This document shows positions 58,902 to 64,000 of a stretch of 64,000 bases of DNA, in pieces. Each line of letters begins with the position of its first letter. Position 1 is the stretch's first letter. Made by a program: the position numbers and the translations under genes. The notes beneath the pieces are model-generated. The model was not told the origin of the DNA. It saw only the letters and a program-made list of their open reading frames with translations, and searched no databases. Source of the DNA: Nitrospinaceae bacterium (GTDB lineage: Bacteria > Nitrospinota > Nitrospinia > Nitrospinales > Nitrospinaceae); NCBI GenBank assembly GCA_965237905.1, contig OZ250172.1, forward strand, positions 1,088,001 to 1,152,000, given 5' to 3'.

Positions 58902-60089
58902 TTATTTATTCGTAGCTTCCCGGTAGGCCGCTGCCAATCCCGGCAGGGCACCTTTAATCATCCGGTCGGGAAAACAGGTGGATATCCGGAAATAACCCGG
59001 CGTCCCAAACCCGCGTCCGGGCACCACCAGCACTTTTCTAGCGGCCAACAGCTCCGCGAATTTCACTTCATCTGCAATAGGTGCCTTGGGGAAAAAGTAA
59101 AACGCACCTTGCGGCTTCACCACTTCGTAACCGATGCCGGTGAGTTCCTTATAAAGAAAATCCCGCCGCCTCCGGTATTGCTCGACATCCACCGTGACGT
59201 GCTGAACCTTTTGCACCACCCGCTGGAACAGGGCCGGTGCATTAACGAATCCCAGTACCCGGTTGCAGAAGATGAGTCCCGCCATCACCCCCGCCACGTC
59301 CTCCGCCTGCGGATGGACGGCGACAGATCCGATGCGCTCGCCCGGCACCGCCAGGTCCTTGGAATGCGAGGTGATGTAAATACTGTTCTCGTATAAATCA
59401 AGAACGTTCGGCGTTTCCATGCCATCGAACACAATTTTCTTGTACGGGTCGTCTGATATCAGGTAAATCGCATGCCCGATTTCCTTCGACTTTTCCCGCA
59501 ACGCATCCGCCAACTCCTGTAGAGCTTGCCGGGAATACACGACCCCGGTCGGATTGTTGGGCGAATTGATGATCACCGCTTTAGTCTTAGATGTCACCGC
59601 CGCCCGAAACGATTCCAAATCGATCGAGAAATCGTCCCGCGTATTTACCGCCACCGCTTTGCCACCGTGGTTGTCCGCATAAAACAAATACTCTACGAAA
59701 TAAGGCGCGAACACGATCACCTCGTCGCCGGGATCGAGCAGGGTTTTGAGAGTGATATTCAATCCGCCGGCCGCACCACACACCATTACTATGTCGCTGG
59801 CGGACATCGAAACCTTACATTCTTCGGAGAGCGATTCCGCCACCGCCCGACGGGTGGCCTCGTATCCAGCGTTGGGCATGTAACGATGCTGACCGGTGGT
59901 TGGATCCTGGGCGGCGGAAACCATGGCGTCGACCAGTTCCTGAGGAGGCTCCGCTACCGGGTTACCGAGCGACAAGTCGAATACGTTTTCGGCACCGAAT
60001 TCCTGCTTCAGCCGAATGCCTTCCTCAAACATCTTGCGGATCCACGAGGCCCGCTCCATAAAATCGTGAACTTTTTGGGAAATTGCCAT
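58902..60089 (-). CDS. PLP-dependent class I/II aminotransferase (aspartate aminotransferase-like)
   Basis: SWIRKMFEEG, NSPNNPTG, SHSKDLAVPGERIG. Confidence 0.9.
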   Translation of the reverse strand: MAISQKVHDFMERASWIRKMFEEGIRLKQEFGAENVFDLSLGNPVAEPPQELVDAMVSAAQDPTTGQHRYMPNAGYEATRRAVAESLSEECKVSMSASDIVMVCGAAGGLNITLKTLLDPGDEVIVFAPYFVEYLFYADNHGGKAVAVNTRDDFSIDLESFRAAVTSKTKAVIINSPNNPTGVVYSRQALQELADALREKSKEIGHAIYLISDDPYKKIVFDGMETPNVLDLYENSIYITSHSKDLAVPGERIGSVAVHPQAEDVAGVMAGLIFCNRVLGFVNAPALFQRVVQKVQHVTVDVEQYRRRRDFLYKELTGIGYEVVKPQGAFYFFPKAPIADEVKFAELLAARKVLVVPGRGFGTPGYFRISTCFPDRMIKGALPGLAAAYREATNK

Positions 60090-60217
60090 GAGTTAGCCTG
60101 CCAACCAAAATGATTAAATTGGAGTTTGATTTCAGGCAATCATACATGGAAATGGCGGATGGCACCACTGTTTCGATAGGGAGGAAAAAGGAGGGTTAAA
60201 CCCATTCGAAGAATGGG

Positions 60218-60583
60218 TCAGAGAATAAAGTTCACCGTAAGGGAGAGAACCACCGCCCCCGCATAGGTGTATAGCGTCAGACCGGTTGTAACTTTCTTGT
60301 CGATGTCGCGCCCGGTGACTTTATCCAAAATATATTTAACATACGATTCCGTATAAGGCTCCTGTCCGAGTTTCCGCTTGACGCGCCACTGGGTGTCGGT
60401 GAGGATGCAGTACCCGTAACCGAAAAACTTCCCCAGCCCGAACCAGGAAATGGCGACCAAAACAATCACTAATAAGTGCAGGGTACGGATCGGCTCGAAC
60501 ATCCACCCAACGATACAAATCAACATGATGCTTAAATGAACCAGATGAAGCATGTAATCCATGAACATCAGTCCCGCTCTCAT
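60218..60583 (-). CDS. DUF2784-like membrane protein
   Basis: HL.H, HL......SW..LG..FG.GYC.LTD..W. Confidence 0.65.
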   Translation of the reverse strand: MRAGLMFMDYMLHLVHLSIMLICIVGWMFEPIRTLHLLVIVLVAISWFGLGKFFGYGYCILTDTQWRVKRKLGQEPYTESYVKYILDKVTGRDIDKKVTTGLTLYTYAGAVVLSLTVNFIL

Positions 60584-60596
60584 TAGACCTGCCTCC

Positions 60597-61868
60597 TCAA
60601 TCGTCCAAGGACTGAACCTGTTTCAGGATATCCTCAGCCCCGGCGATCACTTTTTCAAACGCGTGGATGTATTGATCCAGAATTTCACGGTCCGCATTGG
60701 GAAACGCCGGCAATTTGATGAGCGCCTCATTGGCCGACTGCGTATTCGGCAACGCATTAGCATCGTATTCCGGCAGGTTCGCCTCATGTCCCAACCGCGC
60801 GATGGTTTTCCACGTCCCCTCGGTAAACAACGGTTGCTGATGAAGCAGGGGATACCGCGGCACCGCCACCTGACATCCCTCCTTTTGCAACGCTTCAATC
60901 AACACATCGCGCGGGAGGATAATCTTTTCTGGATTATAACGGATCATAAATTCAAAATAAACGCGTTCTATGTGGTCCGGCGCTTGAAAGGTATGGAACC
61001 CCAACTTTTCCAAAGCGTGGGACAGATATTCCAAATTGTCGTTGCGCCGCCGATTATTCTTCTGCAATCGCCGCAGTTGACCCCGCGCAATCGCCGCGCT
61101 CACCGGAGCGATACGGGTTTTGATGCCGAAGCTGGTGGCGGCAAATCTCTGAGCCGGGGTTTCCAGTTCGATGATGCGGGTGATGTCTCCCAGGCACGCG
61201 GCTTTTTCGAAATATTCATACTCGTCACAAAGGAATATTCCGCCTTCTCCGCCGGGTGACAGCTTGTCTCCCTGCAAACTGAATACGGAGATGTCGCCCA
61301 GGGTGCCGCAGGGTCTATCCCTCCAGACTGCGCCATGCGCATGGGACGCGTCTTCGATGATTTTCAAACCGTGTTCCTTCGCGATCTGAAATAGCTCAGT
61401 CATTTTTCCGGGCAGTCCCCAAAGATGGACGACCATGATGGCTTTGGTCTTATCCGTAATTTTTTTGCGGACATCCTCCGGATCAATACCCATACGTTCG
61501 GTTTCACTTTCACAAAACACGGGAACCGCGCCCAGCCACAACATAGGCACAACGGACGCCCAGAACGTCGCCGAAGGCACCAATACTTCGTCGCCCGGTT
61601 CCAACCCCAACGCATAAAACGCCGCGAACAGTCCCGCCGTGCCGTTATTGTGCGCCAGAGCATACTTGCGCCCGGTGAGTTCCGCATAATCCTGTTCCAG
61701 CTCGCGAATAACCGGATGCGTCGAAATATTACCGTCACGCATCACCTGAAGAACCGCCTGCTCATCCTCTTTATTCAGAAGAGGCCAACGGTTAGCCGGT
61801 TCGTGATCGGCGGTCACCGCCGGTTGACCTCCCAGTATCGCCGGCTGTTTGTTTTTGGTTTTAATCAT
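60597..61868 (-). CDS. DegT/DnrJ/EryC1/StrS family aminotransferase
   Basis: NNGTAGL, PGDEV.VP..TF.AS, VHLWG, IEDASHAHGA, FSLQGDK..GEGG. Confidence 0.9.
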   Translation of the reverse strand: MIKTKNKQPAILGGQPAVTADHEPANRWPLLNKEDEQAVLQVMRDGNISTHPVIRELEQDYAELTGRKYALAHNNGTAGLFAAFYALGLEPGDEVLVPSATFWASVVPMLWLGAVPVFCESETERMGIDPEDVRKKITDKTKAIMVVHLWGLPGKMTELFQIAKEHGLKIIEDASHAHGAVWRDRPCGTLGDISVFSLQGDKLSPGGEGGIFLCDEYEYFEKAACLGDITRIIELETPAQRFAATSFGIKTRIAPVSAAIARGQLRRLQKNNRRRNDNLEYLSHALEKLGFHTFQAPDHIERVYFEFMIRYNPEKIILPRDVLIEALQKEGCQVAVPRYPLLHQQPLFTEGTWKTIARLGHEANLPEYDANALPNTQSANEALIKLPAFPNADREILDQYIHAFEKVIAGAEDILKQVQSLDD

Positions 61869-61889
61869 GCTCCACCTCTAAAAATTTAT

Positions 61890-63405
61890 TTAATGGACTT
61901 GAGTCAACACGCTGTCGAAACGGCGCTCCACGGTTTCCATATAATCAAGAACCAGTTTTCTGGCGATAACAGGATCCCCTCCGGAAAACTGTAACGCCAG
62001 CTGTTCCAGATGAGGAACGTTCTCGTCATTTCTCCCCAGCCCTTCGCGCGGTACCCACTGGGAAATGTTGGTGCGCCGCCTCAGATAGTCCTCCAGATTC
62101 AGGCACCGCTCATTTTCGATACAGCTTCGAAGAGACGGCACTTTGTCCTGCAAACCGGGAAACGAATCCCATTCCATCTCGGAAATCTGCGTGCGTTGCA
62201 CCGGTAAAGGCGTCTGCCCGGGTTCCACCAGCCAGCGGATTTGTTCTTCCACTTTTTCGGCAACGGAAACACAACTGGTGAACTTGCCGCCATACACCGA
62301 AATCCAGGCCTTCTCCGAATCCTTGCTGATCCGATGTTTTCGTGAAAGATCGAGTGGATAACAATTTTTGGAGTAATCTTTTTTGACTACCAGCGGCCGC
62401 ACCCCGCACCGAAGGGAAACCACGTCCGATGGATTCACTTCCTGTTTCAAATGCCGGCTGGCCCGCTCCAAGAGAAAATCGACGTCCTCCGGCTCGGTAT
62501 GAATGCCGCCTTCGATGGTGGGCATATAAGTTTCCGTCGGTCCCCACAGAGCGATCGGACCCCACGGGATGTACGACAAGACATCTCCCTGCTGGCCCAT
62601 GTCGAAGATCAGAGGATAATTGTGCTGGTCCTGCCGTTCCAGTCCGACGAACACGCCTTTACTGAAAACATGTTTGTAAGGCGTTTCGATCTGGAATTGC
62701 TGATTGATCGTATCGGTCCAGACCCCGGCGCAATTGATGACACACCGGCTTTTGGAAACCTGCGCCCAGCCGGTGACCTCATCGGTCAACGTCAACCGCC
62801 ACAGTTTGTCCCCGGGATGGAACTCGCCACCAGTGAGCGCGCAATAATTGAGAGCGATGCCTCTATTGGAATCCTGATCGGTAATCCATTTCAGTACAAA
62901 ACGGCTGTCCGAACTATTCAGAACCGCTTCCTGGTATAAGAATGAAGCGTCATGTTCGTTATTCTTCAGAAACATTTTTTCTGCATAGGAATCCTCCACC
63001 CGTGGCCGCTCCCGGTGGCACAGGCCGAGCATCCAATAGAAATACAGGGCGGATGCCATGAGGTACTTGTTCCAACCCGTATCCCGCGAGGGGATGTAGC
63101 GGAACAACGCGGGAGACACCTCGCACCCCATATTCCGGATCATCGCCTCCCGGTCGCGGGACAACTTGGCTACGGTTAAAAAATCCATATTGCGCAGATA
63201 CAGCAAGCCGCCCCACACCATCATGGCCGAAGCCTGGCTGGTGCCGCCTGCAAAATCGCCCTTGTCCACCAGTAACACCCGGTATCCCAGACGGCACAGG
63301 TGATGATACAAACAGGCGCCATTGATCCCGCCCCCGATGGATGGTCACGTCAAAGGTTTCGTTTTGCGCCATCTCCAGGTCGATTGTTCTTTGGGTCTCA
63401 CCCAT
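61890..63405 (-). CDS. GlpD-like FAD-dependent oxidoreductase with +1 frameshift in the FAD-binding motif (~63340)
   Basis: ATG 63405 reads ..ETFDVTI, then an extra C, then IGGGINGA; DFAGGTSQAS, GGLLYL, INCAGVW.D, GVRPL, GGKFT. Confidence 0.75.
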
Positions 63406-63808
63406 TTTTGCCTCCGGCTCGTTTGTTGATTCGTTAGGGAGAGGACTCGATTCCCTTCTTAGCCTCCCCGGTAACCCTGCGAGCATCCTTGTTTTCTTCT
63501 ACCCTAAATTTAAGCCCATAGTGAAATTTTGTCAATAAATTTTTTATATATTATTCAATATTTATCAGACGACCAGCTTATGGTTATCAAGTATAGGCCA
63601 AAACCTATTGAATTAAATGAAATTACTTTATTTTGACAACCCTGGAGCATTATCTGGAAAACCATCTAACTGCACCTCCAAAGTACCCTTGGGCTGGGAG
63701 AAACCCCACTTGCCGGACAATTTTTGATAAGATTGACCGCTCATTCCCGCAATTCTCTTGGGAGCGACCGAACCTCTTTCATCCTCGGGAGTATTTTTCC
63801 ACACAATC

Positions 63809-64000
63809 ATGATTGTTCGATTCGACAAGGTTTCCAAATATTTTCAGGCGGGCGAGACACGAATTGCCGCGCTATCGGACGTGAGCCTGAGCCTGGGAAA
63901 AAAGGATTTCGTTACGGTGATGGGTCCCAGCGGAGGCGGCAAAACCACCCTGCTGAACTGTATGGGCGGCCTCGACAAGCCGGACCAGGGCGAAATTTAC
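63809..64000 (+). CDS. ABC transporter ATP-binding protein (LolD/MacB-type), 3'-partial
   Basis: My translation: MIVRFDKVSKYFQAGETRIAALSDVSLSLGKKDFVTVMGPSGGGKTTLLNCMGGLDKPDQGEIY (Walker A). Confidence 0.85.
   Translation, partial: MIVRFDKVSKYFQAGETRIAALSDVSLSLGKKDFVTVMGPSGGGKTTLLNCMGGLDKPDQGEIY

Noticed and set aside
63628..63837. 69-aa minus-strand ORF
   Set aside because: Overlaps the start of the plus-strand ABC ATPase and has no motif or clear RBS.
1..64000. Prophage, IS element, integron or anti-phage defence island
   Set aside because: No integrase, transposase, phage structural gene or recognisable defence domain in any supported ORF.

Overview
A 64-kb chromosomal window from a Gram-negative bacterium, roughly 50-55% GC by eye. 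The gene mix (tandem DUF3365-type c-cytochrome, AlgE-like porin, futalosine-pathway mqnC, ATP-type PEPCK, MoeZ) would fit a Nitrospina-like nitrite oxidiser, but that is an unverified inference. Most of the window is housekeeping: two cyclophilins, mobB-mobA fusion, moeA, yajQ, prfB with its programmed +1 frameshift, pckA, pdxA-rsmA-cobA/hemD, mqnC, rluB, scpB, dcd, cysS, cysD-cysN, wecB, PMM/PGM, amrB, pcm and moeZ. I saw no rRNA, tRNA, CRISPR array, transposase or integrase. The more unusual items are: (1) four small outer-membrane beta-barrel paralogs, one of them between ~130-bp direct repeats that copy the mlaC 3' end and terminator; (2) a ~690-bp tandem duplication of an unknown secreted CGWC protein with crystallin-like motifs plus the start of a SurA-like foldase, whose signal peptide is broken by a 34-bp duplication; (3) a membrane-anchored TPR-cupredoxin-helical fusion protein; (4) a GlpD-like oxidase + DegT aminotransferase + DUF2784 operon; (5) apparent pseudo-enzymes (a Cys-less DJ-1/PfpI and a lid-less APS-kinase domain); (6) two sigma-54-type promoters and small dispersed palindromic repeats. 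Several short-indel frameshifts may be real or assembly errors.
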